Shown here piece after piece: positions 36,843-44,947 of a stretch of DNA of 46,877 nt. The stretch covers positions 1 through 46,877 of the forward strand of contig DATJTM010000487.1 of assembly GCA_035503395.1 (NCBI GenBank). Direction: 5' to 3'. The notes beneath the pieces were generated by a model. The model did not search any database. It was not told the origin of the DNA and saw only the letters and a program-made list of their open reading frames with translations. The position numbers and the translations under genes were made by a program. The stretch's first letter is position 1. The number at the start of each line of letters is the position of its first letter. The stretch is from Luteitalea sp. (GTDB lineage: Bacteria > Acidobacteriota > Vicinamibacteria > Vicinamibacterales > Vicinamibacteraceae).

Positions 36843-38270
36843 TCAGCCGAGCGCGTCGTGCGGCAGGAGGATGGAGAACGTCGTGTCACCGGGCCGGCTC
36901 GCCACACCGACCTGGCCGCCGTGGCGCTCGACGATCGCCCGGACGATCGACAACCCGAGCCCGCTGCCCTCGGCCGTCGCCGCGCGCGACGGGTCGGCCT
37001 TGTAGAACCGGTCGAAGACGTGGTCGAGGTGTTCGGCCGGAATGCCCGTCCCCGTATCGCTGACACTGATGCGGACACGCTCGCCGTCGAGCGCCGATCG
37101 CATCACCACCTGGCCGGCGGTCGGCGTGTGGCGGAGGGCATTGACCACGAGGTTGTCGACGGCCTGCTCGAGGCGATGCGGGTCGCCGGTGATCTGGTCG
37201 GCCTCGTCGGCGATCTCGATCACCAGGCGGACGCCGTGGTCCGCCGCCGCCTGCTCGTGCCGGCGCGCCACCTGTTCGAAGAGCCGTCGGATGTCGAACG
37301 TCCGCATCTCGAACTCGGTCACGCCGTGTTCGAGGCGCGCCACGTCGAGCAGGTCGGCGACGATGCGTTCGAGGCGAAGCGTCTCGCGCGACAGGGTGGC
37401 GAAGTAGCGGGCGCGACGCTCGGGATCGGCGTCGATCTCGGGCATCTTCAGGGTGTCGATGAAGCCGCGCATCGCCGTCAGTGGCGTGCGCAACTCGTGC
37501 GACACGTCGGCCAGCATCTGCCGACGCAGCTGGTCGACACGCCGCAGCGCCTCGTCGCGCGCCGCCAGTTCGTCGCCCATCCGGTTGAAGGCCGCGGCCA
37601 CGCGGGCGATCTCGTCGCCGCCGTGCTCGGACGCCCGGGCCTGCAGGTCGCCCTGCCCCATGCGCTCGGCCGCCGCTTCGAGTGCCGCGAGCTCGCGGCG
37701 CGCCGGCCGGAAGATCACGAAGGCCGCCAGCGCCGTCGCCGTCATCAGCGCGAGGAAGCTTGGCGCCGACATGAACTTCAACACCTCGAACATCAGGCTG
37801 CCGGCCGGAGGTGGCATCACCACCAGCCCCTGCAACTGCCCGTTCACCTGGATCGGCGCGATGACGACCGGCCCGCGCGTGCGAGGAATAGCATGTCCGT
37901 CGGGCGGCGACGGATCGAGCACGAGCCGGGCGCCGGCCAGTACTGTCGGGTCGAGCGGCACCGCCGAGGCGCTCTCGACGCGGCCATCGCGCATCACCAC
38001 GTGGATGCCGTTGCGGCTGTTGTGCTGCGCCCGCTGCAGCACGGTGACGTCAAGCCCCTTGCCGTCGGCCAGGCCCTGCGACACCGCGAAGGCCACATCG
38101 GTCGCGAGCGCATTGGGCGAGAACCGCATGTCCTGCGCGTCGCGTCGGACGCGGTAGGCAAAGATCAGGCTCTGCGCGAACGACAGCCCGAGCACGACCA
38201 GCACGAAACCGACGCCGATGCGCCAGTACAGGCTGCGCCACCAGGCCACCCCGGATTGTCGTGTCGCCAC
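36843..38270 (-). CDS. HAMP-domain sensor histidine kinase (OmpR-partner type)
   Basis: TM-periplasmic-TM, HAMP (DEIARVAAAFNRM), ADVSHELRTPL, NLVVNALRHT, FDRFYK, GSGLGL. GTG at 38270 or 38249. Confidence 0.92.
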   Translation of the reverse strand: MATRQSGVAWWRSLYWRIGVGFVLVVLGLSFAQSLIFAYRVRRDAQDMRFSPNALATDVAFAVSQGLADGKGLDVTVLQRAQHNSRNGIHVVMRDGRVESASAVPLDPTVLAGARLVLDPSPPDGHAIPRTRGPVVIAPIQVNGQLQGLVVMPPPAGSLMFEVLKFMSAPSFLALMTATALAAFVIFRPARRELAALEAAAERMGQGDLQARASEHGGDEIARVAAAFNRMGDELAARDEALRRVDQLRRQMLADVSHELRTPLTAMRGFIDTLKMPEIDADPERRARYFATLSRETLRLERIVADLLDVARLEHGVTEFEMRTFDIRRLFEQVARRHEQAAADHGVRLVIEIADEADQITGDPHRLEQAVDNLVVNALRHTPTAGQVVMRSALDGERVRISVSDTGTGIPAEHLDHVFDRFYKADPSRAATAEGSGLGLSIVRAIVERHGGQVGVASRPGDTTFSILLPHDALG

Positions 38271-38319
38271 GACATCATCACAACACCGATCTGTTGGGGA
38301 AGTGTGGCTCGTCGTACGA

Positions 38320-38550
38320 CGGGGTACGGGAACCGGGTACCGGGAACCGGGGGCGGGGTACGGCAATCGGCAACCGGGTAACGCGCGGGTCGCGCGGGTA
38401 GCCTGCGGCCCGAAGCCTGCTGCGTTCGTCGTTCGTCGTTCGTCGAGAGAACCTGTCGAGTACGAGCGCCCCTCTCAGGTAGCCGGCAGCCAGAAGCCCG
38501 CAGCCTGCGCGTTCCTCCTTCGTCGTTCGTCGTTCGTCGTTCGTCGTTCG
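38320..38550. repeat. Mosaic of heptamer tandem repeats filling the kinase/regulator intergenic region
   Basis: GGG(T/A)AC(C/G)-type array 38320-38382, then two composite AGCCNGC + TCGTTCG units (38398-38445, 38479-38550). Confidence 0.85.
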
Positions 38551-38552
38551 CT

Positions 38553-38558
38553 TAGCAT
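38553..38558 (+). promoter_or_regulatory. -10 element of a probably leaderless response regulator gene
   Basis: TAGCAT 6 nt before the GTG at 38565; no Shine-Dalgarno. Confidence 0.55.
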
Positions 38559-38564
38559 GGTTCC

Positions 38565-39281
38565 GTGAGTAAACGTGCGCTCGTCGTCGAGGACGACCCG
38601 TCCATCCGGGAGCTGTTGCAGCTCCACCTCGGCCTGGCCGGCTTCGATGTGGACGATGTGGCGAATGGGCGCGACGGGCTGGATCGGGCGCGGGCCGACG
38701 CGTATGCGCTGATCGTGCTCGACGTGATGCTGCCCGGTCTCGACGGCGTGTCGATCTGTCGCGCGGTGCGGGCCGCCGGGCCCAACCTCAACACGCCTGT
38801 GCTGATGCTCACGGCGCGCGACTCCGAGGCCGACACCGTCATCGGCCTCGAAAGCGGCGCCGACGACTACCTGACCAAGCCGTTCGGCGTGCGCGAACTC
38901 CAGGCCCGCATCGCCGCAGTGATGCGTCGTGGCCGGCATGCCGCCGAACCGGAAGCGATCGCGCCGGATGCCGCGGTGCTGACGCTCGCCGCCGGCATCA
39001 CCATGGACATGGCGCGGCGCACGGTCGTCGTGCACGGCGCGACCGTCGATCTCACGCGCCAGGAGTTCGACCTGCTCCACCAGCTCGCGTCACGCCGCGG
39101 CATCGTCTTCAGCCGCGCCCGCCTGCTCCAGACCGTCTGGAACGGCGACGCCTACGTCACCGAGCGCACCGTCGACACCGTCGTCAGCCGCCTCCGCAAG
39201 AAGCTCGAGACCGATCCCCGCCAGCCGGCGCTGATCCTCACCGCGTGGGGCGTCGGCTACAAGTTCGTCGACCTGAGCTGA
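38565..39281 (+). CDS. OmpR/PhoB-family response regulator
   Basis: VVEDD, LDVMLPGLDG, LTAR, GADDYLTKPF; winged helix LTRQEFDLL..RTVDTVVSRLRKK..WGVGYKF. Confidence 0.95.
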   Translation: MSKRALVVEDDPSIRELLQLHLGLAGFDVDDVANGRDGLDRARADAYALIVLDVMLPGLDGVSICRAVRAAGPNLNTPVLMLTARDSEADTVIGLESGADDYLTKPFGVRELQARIAAVMRRGRHAAEPEAIAPDAAVLTLAAGITMDMARRTVVVHGATVDLTRQEFDLLHQLASRRGIVFSRARLLQTVWNGDAYVTERTVDTVVSRLRKKLETDPRQPALILTAWGVGYKFVDLS

Positions 39282-39332
39282 GGTCAACGGCTACTTACCT
39301 TAGTTGGGGCCGTACCCGGCGTCGGATCCTGA

Positions 39333-39363
39333 AGGGCCGCGTTGGGACAACGGGCCCTACCTG
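39333..39363 (-). repeat. GTAG-type REP-like hairpin
   Basis: 31-nt exact inverted copy of 30735-30765. Confidence 0.8.
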
Positions 39364-39370
39364 TGTTGGT

Positions 39371-39487
39371 GCCGTACCCAGAACCCGGTACCCCGTACGC
39401 GGTACCCCGTACCCGGTACCCCGTACCGGTTCCCGTGTCCCGGTTCCCCGCTGTTCTTGTCTCCTGTTCTCCTGTTCTCCTGTTCTG
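39371..39487 (+). repeat. GTACCC(C/G) heptamer array followed by CTCCTGTT octamer array
   Basis: About 10 degenerate heptamers (39371-39450), then (CTCCTGTT)x3. Confidence 0.85.
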
Positions 39488-39493
39488 AATATC

Positions 39494-39535
39494 GCCACGC
39501 CGCTGCCACAGTTCCGCAACAGTCGCCCCGTCAAA
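39494..39535 (+). promoter_or_regulatory. Three 11-bp-periodic boxes plus CGTCAAA upstream of the small-protein/dioxygenase genes
   Basis: GCCACG (39494), GCCACA (39505), GCAACA (39516), then 7 nt, then CGTCAAA (39529). Confidence 0.6.
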
Positions 39536-39567
39536 CGGCTCGAGTGCCTGCCGACACGAGGAGCGCA

Positions 39568-39804
39568 ATGACGAGAGTGGCTGGACACATGCTGGGGACG
39601 ATGGAGCGACTGCAGTTGACGCGGTGTGTGCTGGGCCGACGCCTACCGTGCGGCTGCGACATCGGTCTCTACGAGAAGCACGACGGCGGGATCCTCACCA
39701 TCGTCGACGAGCCGTCCGACAGCTGCCTGGATCGTTCGCACCAGGCCGACTTCGTGATCGGCCGCGAGCCGGCGCCGGCGCGTGACCGCGCTGCAACGTA
39801 CTGA
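39568..39804 (+). CDS. Small Cys/His-containing hypothetical protein (78 aa)
   Basis: GAGGAG RBS before the ATG; motif LPCGCDIGLYE...C-x4-H. Confidence 0.65.
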   Translation: MTRVAGHMLGTMERLQLTRCVLGRRLPCGCDIGLYEKHDGGILTIVDEPSDSCLDRSHQADFVIGREPAPARDRAATY

Positions 39805-39858
39805 CACGACCGCGAGTACGCGCGCAGTGACGCGCCTCGAGGGAAGGACACGAGACAC

Positions 39859-40578
39859 ATGGGACATTTCAACCGGGAGCGCCGCGAGGCGATTCTCATC
39901 CTGAGTTCGACGGTGGCAGCCGCCTTCGCTGCCGGCTGCGGCGGCGACTCGCCGACCAGTCCGACGAGCGTCGCCGCCACGACCACGACAACGACCACCA
40001 CGACCGGAGGCGGCACGACGAGCGCGACGTGCTCGGTCTCGCCGAGCGAGACGGTCGGGCCGTACCCGTCGCTCACCGACCTGATTCGCAGCGACATCCG
40101 CGAGGACCGGCAGGGCACGCCGCTGCAGCTGACCATCAATGTCGTCAACGTCGCCAACGGCTGCGCGCCGCTCGAGAACGTCGCCGTCGAGATCTGGCAG
40201 TGCGACGTGGCCGGCAACTACTCGCAGTACGGGTCGCAGACCGCGCGCACGTACCTGCGCGGCATCCAGGTGACCAACGCCGCCGGCGAGGCCACGTTCA
40301 CCACGCTGTACCCGGGCTGGTACCAGGGACGGGCCACGCACATCCACGTCGAAGTGGCGAGGGCCGGCCAGTCCCTCAAGGTGACGCAGATTGCGTTCCC
40401 CGAGGACGTCAGCGCCACCGTGCACACACAGGGCGTGTACGCCTCGCGCGGCGTCAATCCGACGACGAATCTGCGCGACGGCATCTTCGCCGACAGCCTC
40501 GCGTCGGAGATGGCCACCGTGAACGGCAGCCCGGCCGCCGGCTTCACCGGGACGTTCCGCGTCGGCGTCAGCGCCTGA
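39859..40578 (+). CDS. Intradiol ring-cleavage dioxygenase-like lipoprotein
   Basis: RR-containing signal with lipobox AAGC; Thr-rich linker; TVGPY, EIWQCD..GNY, LRGIQVT, PGWYQGRATHIH (Tyr/Tyr/His/His iron ligand pattern). Confidence 0.88.
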   Translation: MGHFNRERREAILILSSTVAAAFAAGCGGDSPTSPTSVAATTTTTTTTTGGGTTSATCSVSPSETVGPYPSLTDLIRSDIREDRQGTPLQLTINVVNVANGCAPLENVAVEIWQCDVAGNYSQYGSQTARTYLRGIQVTNAAGEATFTTLYPGWYQGRATHIHVEVARAGQSLKVTQIAFPEDVSATVHTQGVYASRGVNPTTNLRDGIFADSLASEMATVNGSPAAGFTGTFRVGVSA

Positions 40579-40601
40579 GACGGCGTCGCTGATCGGCTGA
40601 A

Positions 40602-40629
40602 CCTTGGGCCTTGGGCCTTGAGCCTTGAC
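40602..40629 (+). repeat. Heptamer repeat CCTTG(G/A)G x4
   Basis: CCTTGGG CCTTGGG CCTTGAG CCTTGAC between convergent genes. Confidence 0.8.
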
Positions 40630-40631
40630 GC

Positions 40632-41039
40632 CTACGCCGGCGGAGCGTTCATCGTCCGCATCAAGCCGGCCATGTCGAAGGAGTCCCAGGCTTCGGCGAT
40701 CCGATCGCCCTCGAGCCGCATCAGGGTCAATCCGGTGACCTCGATGGGATTCCCGCTGGCCGGCCAACCGTCGACGTTCCCTGAGTGGGTGCCGCGGGCC
40801 ACCCACTGCACCGCCGCATGGTCGCCGCCATGCGCACAGTTGACCACCTCGACGTGGATGTCGGGCACCGTGGCGACGAACATCTCGTAGAACTGCCGCA
40901 TCCCGTCGCGGCCGCGCTCCTGCCCGTCGGCCCCGTGCGCCCGCATCTCCGGCGGGGTCAACGCCGCAATCGCGTCGGGATTCCGCCTGTTCCAGACTTC
41001 CTCGAACCACCGGCAACCAAGATGGGTCTCGTGCGACAT
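40632..41039 (-). CDS. SnoaL-like ester cyclase / NTF2-fold protein
   Basis: WFEEVWN, PDIH, ARGTHSG, PASGNPIEVTG, GDRIAEAWDSFD; GGAGGAG RBS. Confidence 0.87.
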   Translation of the reverse strand: MSHETHLGCRWFEEVWNRRNPDAIAALTPPEMRAHGADGQERGRDGMRQFYEMFVATVPDIHVEVVNCAHGGDHAAVQWVARGTHSGNVDGWPASGNPIEVTGLTLMRLEGDRIAEAWDSFDMAGLMRTMNAPPA

Positions 41040-41162
41040 GTCTCCTCCCCTGGGCGGCCCGCGCGCCGGGTCCCGCATCATCCAGAAAAGAACGCCGAAG
41101 CAGAGCGAGGCGTACAGCGATCCCGTCTCGCCGCCGACGCGCAGCCTGCCGGATGCTTTCCT

Positions 41163-41317
41163 CTTCTGACTTCTGCCTTTGGACTTCCGACGTCGTGTGT
41201 GTGGGACTGCCGACTGCCGACTGCCGACTACCGACTGCCGACCAGCCGACCAGCCGGCTGCCGATCCTGATTCCTGCTCTCCTGACTCCTGGCTCCTGTT
41301 CTCCTGTTCTCCTGTTG
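41163..41317 (+). repeat. Mosaic of 7-8-nt tandem repeats upstream of dsbD
   Basis: CTTCTGN units, then (GACTGCC)-type x8 from 41205 (reverse complement of the 30692 array), then CTCCTGNN/CTCCTGTT octamers. Confidence 0.85.
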
Positions 41318-41335
41318 TGTTGCTACGATGCAGGG

Positions 41336-43156
41336 GTGAATCATCTGCAGGTCAGGCGGGAGTCCAGCTGGCGGGCCCTGAGCCGCCGGCTCGGTGCAGT
41401 CGTGCTCGTCCTGGGAGCGTACGCCTGGACGGTGGCGACACCGGCCGCGCAGATGCGCAGGCCGAAGGCCGACGTCGTCCCGCTCGTCGAGGCAACGGCG
41501 GTGGCGCCCGGCAGCAAGACCCGGGTGGCGGTGCGCGTCACCCTGCCGGCCGGACTCCATGTGCAGTCCGATGCCCCGCGCGACCCGTCGCTCATCCCGA
41601 CGGTGCTGTCGGTCGACGCGCCCGACGGCGTGCGCGTCGACGACCTGATCTACCCAGAGCCGACCGACTTCGCGCAGGCCGGTCAGCCGCAGCCGCTGGC
41701 TGTGTTCGAGCACGAGTTCGTCGCCGGCGCCACCATCACCGTGGACGCCAAGGCCAGAGCCGGTGAACTCATCGTCCCCGGTCGACTTCGCTATCAGGCC
41801 TGCGACGACCGCGTCTGCTTCGCGCCGCAGACGGCTTCGGTCGAGTGGCGCCTCACCGTCGGCAAGGGTGGTGCCCCGGTTGCAGCACACGTCGCCGCCT
41901 TCAAGACACTGGCGGCCGGACGCCAGGTCGCCCCCAACGCCGCGCCGACGACGCGCTCGATCGGCTCGTCGACGCCGGTACCGGCTGCCGCGCCGGCGGC
42001 CCCCGTCAGCGATGCCGACGTGATGACGACGCTGGACCGCCTCTCGGTGCGCGGCACGACCGGTGGCTACCTGCCGGTCGCCGACTTCCTGCAGTTCCTG
42101 CGCGATGCCGAACAGGGCGTGCAACAGAAGTCGCTGCTGGAAGGCCGCGGTCCGCTTGCGATCCTCATCGTCGTGCTGCTGGGCGGGCTCGCGCTCAACC
42201 TGACGCCGTGCGTGCTGCCGATGGTGCCGATCAACCTGGCGATCATCGGCGCCGGCGCGCAGGCAGGTTCGCGACAGCGCGGCTTCATCCTCGGCCTGGC
42301 GTACGGCGCGGCGATGGCGCTCGTCTACGGCGTGCTCGGACTGGTCGTCATCCTCACCGCGGGCACCTTCGGCACCATCAACGCCTCGCCGTGGTTCAAC
42401 CTCGGCATCGCCATCCTGTTCGTCGTGCTCGCCCTTGCGATGTTCGACGTCATCCTGATCGACTTCTCGAACCTGGCGCGTGGCCCGAGCAACACGCAGG
42501 ACCGTCGCGGGTCGCTGCCGCTCGCATTCACCATGGGCGCCGTCGCCGCGCTGCTTGCCGGTGCGTGTGTCGCGCCCGTCGTCATCCAGGTCGTGCTCTT
42601 CGCCAGCAGCCTCTACGCAGGCGGTACGACAATCGCGCTCGCCCTGCCCTTCGTACTCGGCGTCGGCATGGCGATCCCGTGGCCGATCGCTGGCGCCGGC
42701 ATGGCCTCGCTACCGCGGCCGGGCATGTGGATGGTGCGCGTCAAGCAGGTGATGGGCGTGCTGATCCTCGGCACGGCGGTGTACTACGGCTACCTCGCGT
42801 ACACCCTCTTCGAGAATCGCTGGGTGGATGCGAGCGCCGTCAGCAAGAGCGTCGAGGACAAGCTGCACGCCGGCTGGACGTCGTCACTCGCGGCCGGCCT
42901 GGCGCAGGCCGAGCGCGAGAACAAGCCGGTGCTCATCGACTTCTGGGCGACATGGTGCAAGAACTGCCTGACGATGGATTCGACGACGTTCGAGGATGCG
43001 TCGGTGAAGGCCGCACTCGAGGGATATGTGAAGGTCAAGGTGCAGGCCGAGGATCCCGACGCCGAGCCGGCAAAGTCGCTGCTGGCGCGGTTCAAGTCGG
43101 TGGGCCTGCCGACGTATGTCGTCCTGCGCCCCGGCGCTGACGGCGCGAGTCGATGA
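41336..43156 (+). CDS. dsbD: Protein-disulfide reductase DsbD (N-terminal domain, TM domain, thioredoxin domain)
   Basis: YQACDDRVCFAP, LTPCVLPM, GACVAP, PGMWMVRVK, DFWATWCKNC. GTG 41336 follows TGcTACGAT by 6 nt. Confidence 0.9.
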   Translation: MNHLQVRRESSWRALSRRLGAVVLVLGAYAWTVATPAAQMRRPKADVVPLVEATAVAPGSKTRVAVRVTLPAGLHVQSDAPRDPSLIPTVLSVDAPDGVRVDDLIYPEPTDFAQAGQPQPLAVFEHEFVAGATITVDAKARAGELIVPGRLRYQACDDRVCFAPQTASVEWRLTVGKGGAPVAAHVAAFKTLAAGRQVAPNAAPTTRSIGSSTPVPAAAPAAPVSDADVMTTLDRLSVRGTTGGYLPVADFLQFLRDAEQGVQQKSLLEGRGPLAILIVVLLGGLALNLTPCVLPMVPINLAIIGAGAQAGSRQRGFILGLAYGAAMALVYGVLGLVVILTAGTFGTINASPWFNLGIAILFVVLALAMFDVILIDFSNLARGPSNTQDRRGSLPLAFTMGAVAALLAGACVAPVVIQVVLFASSLYAGGTTIALALPFVLGVGMAIPWPIAGAGMASLPRPGMWMVRVKQVMGVLILGTAVYYGYLAYTLFENRWVDASAVSKSVEDKLHAGWTSSLAAGLAQAERENKPVLIDFWATWCKNCLTMDSTTFEDASVKAALEGYVKVKVQAEDPDAEPAKSLLARFKSVGLPTYVVLRPGADGASR

Positions 43157-44601
43157 CGACGGACGCGGCGTCCGTGCCGCCGCTGTCAGCGGCGCTGATC
43201 GAAGGCCTGCGACGCCGGTTCGCGGACCGCTGTTCGACCGTCGCGTCGGTGCTCGCCGAGCACGGCCGTGACGAGTCCGCGTTCACGCACATCCCGCCGC
43301 CGCAGGTCGTCGTCTTCGCCGAGAGCACGGCGGACGTCGTCGATGCCGTCCGCCTGGCCGCGTCATTTCGCACGCCGGTGATCCCGTTCGGCGCCGGGTC
43401 GTCGCTGGAAGGGCATCTCCTCGCGATCCGGGGTGGTATCAGCCTCGACGTCAGCCGCATGAAGCGCATCGTTGCCGTGCATGCCGAGGACATGACGATC
43501 ACGGTGCAGCCCGGTGTGCTGCGGACGACCGTCAACCGCACGCTCGAGTCGAAGGGGCTGTTCTTTCCCGTCGACCCCGGTGCCGACGCGTCGATTGGCG
43601 GCATGTGCGCAACGCGCGCCAGCGGCACCAACGCCGTGCGCTACGGCACGATGCGCGAGAACGTGCTGGCGCTTGAGGTGGTGACGGCCACCGGCGAGGT
43701 GATGCGCACCGGCACGCGTGCGAAGAAGAGCAGCGCCGGGTACGACCTCACGCGCTTGATGGTCGGCAGCGAAGGCACGCTGGGCGTGATCACCGAGGTC
43801 ACGCTGAAGCTGCATCCGCTGCCGGAAGCAGTGGCCGCCGCGACCTGCTCGTTCGCCACGATCGGCGCCGCCGTGCAGACGGCGATGCAGATGATCCAGT
43901 CGGGCATCCCGATTGCGCGCTGCGAGCTGGTGGATGCGTACACCGTGCGGATGGTCAACGCGCATTCGCGACTGACGCTGCCGGTGCAGCCGATGTTGTT
44001 CCTCGAGTTCCATGGATCGCCGTCCGACGTCGAGGAGCAAGGACGTCATGCACAGGACGCCGCCACCGACAACGGCGGCGAGGCCTTCGCGTGGGCCAGC
44101 AGTCCGGAGGAACGCGCGCGGCTCTGGACCGCCAGGCATCAGGCCTACTTCGCCGCCGTGCACGCCTATCCGGGCCGACGCGTGATCTCCACCGACACCT
44201 GCGTGCCGATCTCACGACTGGCCGATTGCCTGCTCGACTCGATCGCCGAGGCGGAGGCGTCGGGCGTGCCGTATTACGTGCTCGGGCACGTCGGCGACGG
44301 TAACTTCCATTTCGGGTACCTGATCGATCCCGAGAGCGCCGAGGACTGGCGACGGGCCGAAGCGCTCAATCACGCGCTCGTGCATCGGGCGCTCGCGCTC
44401 GGCGGCACGTGCTCGGGCGAGCACGGCATCGGCCTGCACAAGATGGGATTCCTGCGAGCGGAGGCCGGCGAGACCGCGATTGCCGCCATGCGCGCCATCA
44501 AGCAGGCGCTCGACCCGCTCGGCATCATGAATCCAGGCAAGATCTTCGAGTCGCCGCCCACCGTCGACAGGTCGGGGATGGGCGCCGTCCATGAGGTGTA
44601 G
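43153..44601 (+). CDS. FAD-binding oxidoreductase, D-lactate dehydrogenase/GlcD family
   Basis: FGAGSSLEG, PVDPG..IGGM, AGYDLTRLMVGSEGTLG, GHVGDGNFH, SGEHGIG, DPLGIMNPGK. Confidence 0.92.
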   Translation: MTTDAASVPPLSAALIEGLRRRFADRCSTVASVLAEHGRDESAFTHIPPPQVVVFAESTADVVDAVRLAASFRTPVIPFGAGSSLEGHLLAIRGGISLDVSRMKRIVAVHAEDMTITVQPGVLRTTVNRTLESKGLFFPVDPGADASIGGMCATRASGTNAVRYGTMRENVLALEVVTATGEVMRTGTRAKKSSAGYDLTRLMVGSEGTLGVITEVTLKLHPLPEAVAAATCSFATIGAAVQTAMQMIQSGIPIARCELVDAYTVRMVNAHSRLTLPVQPMLFLEFHGSPSDVEEQGRHAQDAATDNGGEAFAWASSPEERARLWTARHQAYFAAVHAYPGRRVISTDTCVPISRLADCLLDSIAEAEASGVPYYVLGHVGDGNFHFGYLIDPESAEDWRRAEALNHALVHRALALGGTCSGEHGIGLHKMGFLRAEAGETAIAAMRAIKQALDPLGIMNPGKIFESPPTVDRSGMGAVHEV

Positions 44602-44747
44602 CGGCCGGACTTTGTCCGGCCGACAGGATCACTGACTCGATACGTAGCGACCCGACTTGTCGGGTCGTTCCGGAACCGCCGAGGACGCGTGCCGTCGACG
44701 TTCGAGATTCCGCCGTTCGTCGTGCGTCGTTCGTCGTTCGTCGTTCC
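44598..44747 (+). repeat. Two GTAG-hairpin REPs and a TCGTTCG array
   Basis: GTAG-CGGCCGGAC-TTT-GTCCGGCCG (44598-44622), GTAG-CGACCCGAC-TT-GTCGGGTCG (44644-44667), TCGTTCG array about 44715-44747. Confidence 0.8.
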
Positions 44748-44863
44748 CCTATTGTTCCGCCGGCGTGGCCGCGTCGTACACGTGGCGCAGCGGCGGACGA
44801 TCGCCGCCGCGGTGACGCATGCGGTCCTGTGACAATTCCGTGGCAGCCGGATCGATACGCCTG

Positions 44864-44947
44864 GGTAGGGACGCGCCGCCGGGGCGTCCGCACACCACGT
44901 GACGTCGGTCTGTGCAGATGCGGACGGCCGGGCGGGCCGTCCCTACC
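44864..44947. repeat. Inverted REP doublet (REPIN/BIME-like)
   Basis: GGTAGGGACGCGCCGCCGGGGCGTCC ... GGACGGCCGGGCGGGCCGTCCCTACC. Confidence 0.8.

Noticed and set aside
38320-39487. CRISPR-like array
   Set aside because: Units are 7-8 nt in tandem without unique spacers, and no cas genes are present.
39504-39532. Canonical ECF41 promoter (TGTCACA-N16-CGTC)
   Set aside because: The spacer here is 18 nt and the first box is TGCCACA, so that specific assignment is not supported.
41153-41335. Longer DsbD N-terminus (LPTADCRLPT..)
   Set aside because: This is the translation of tandem repeats upstream of an extended -10 element; the same applies to the 38271-38366 and 39304-39567 extensions.
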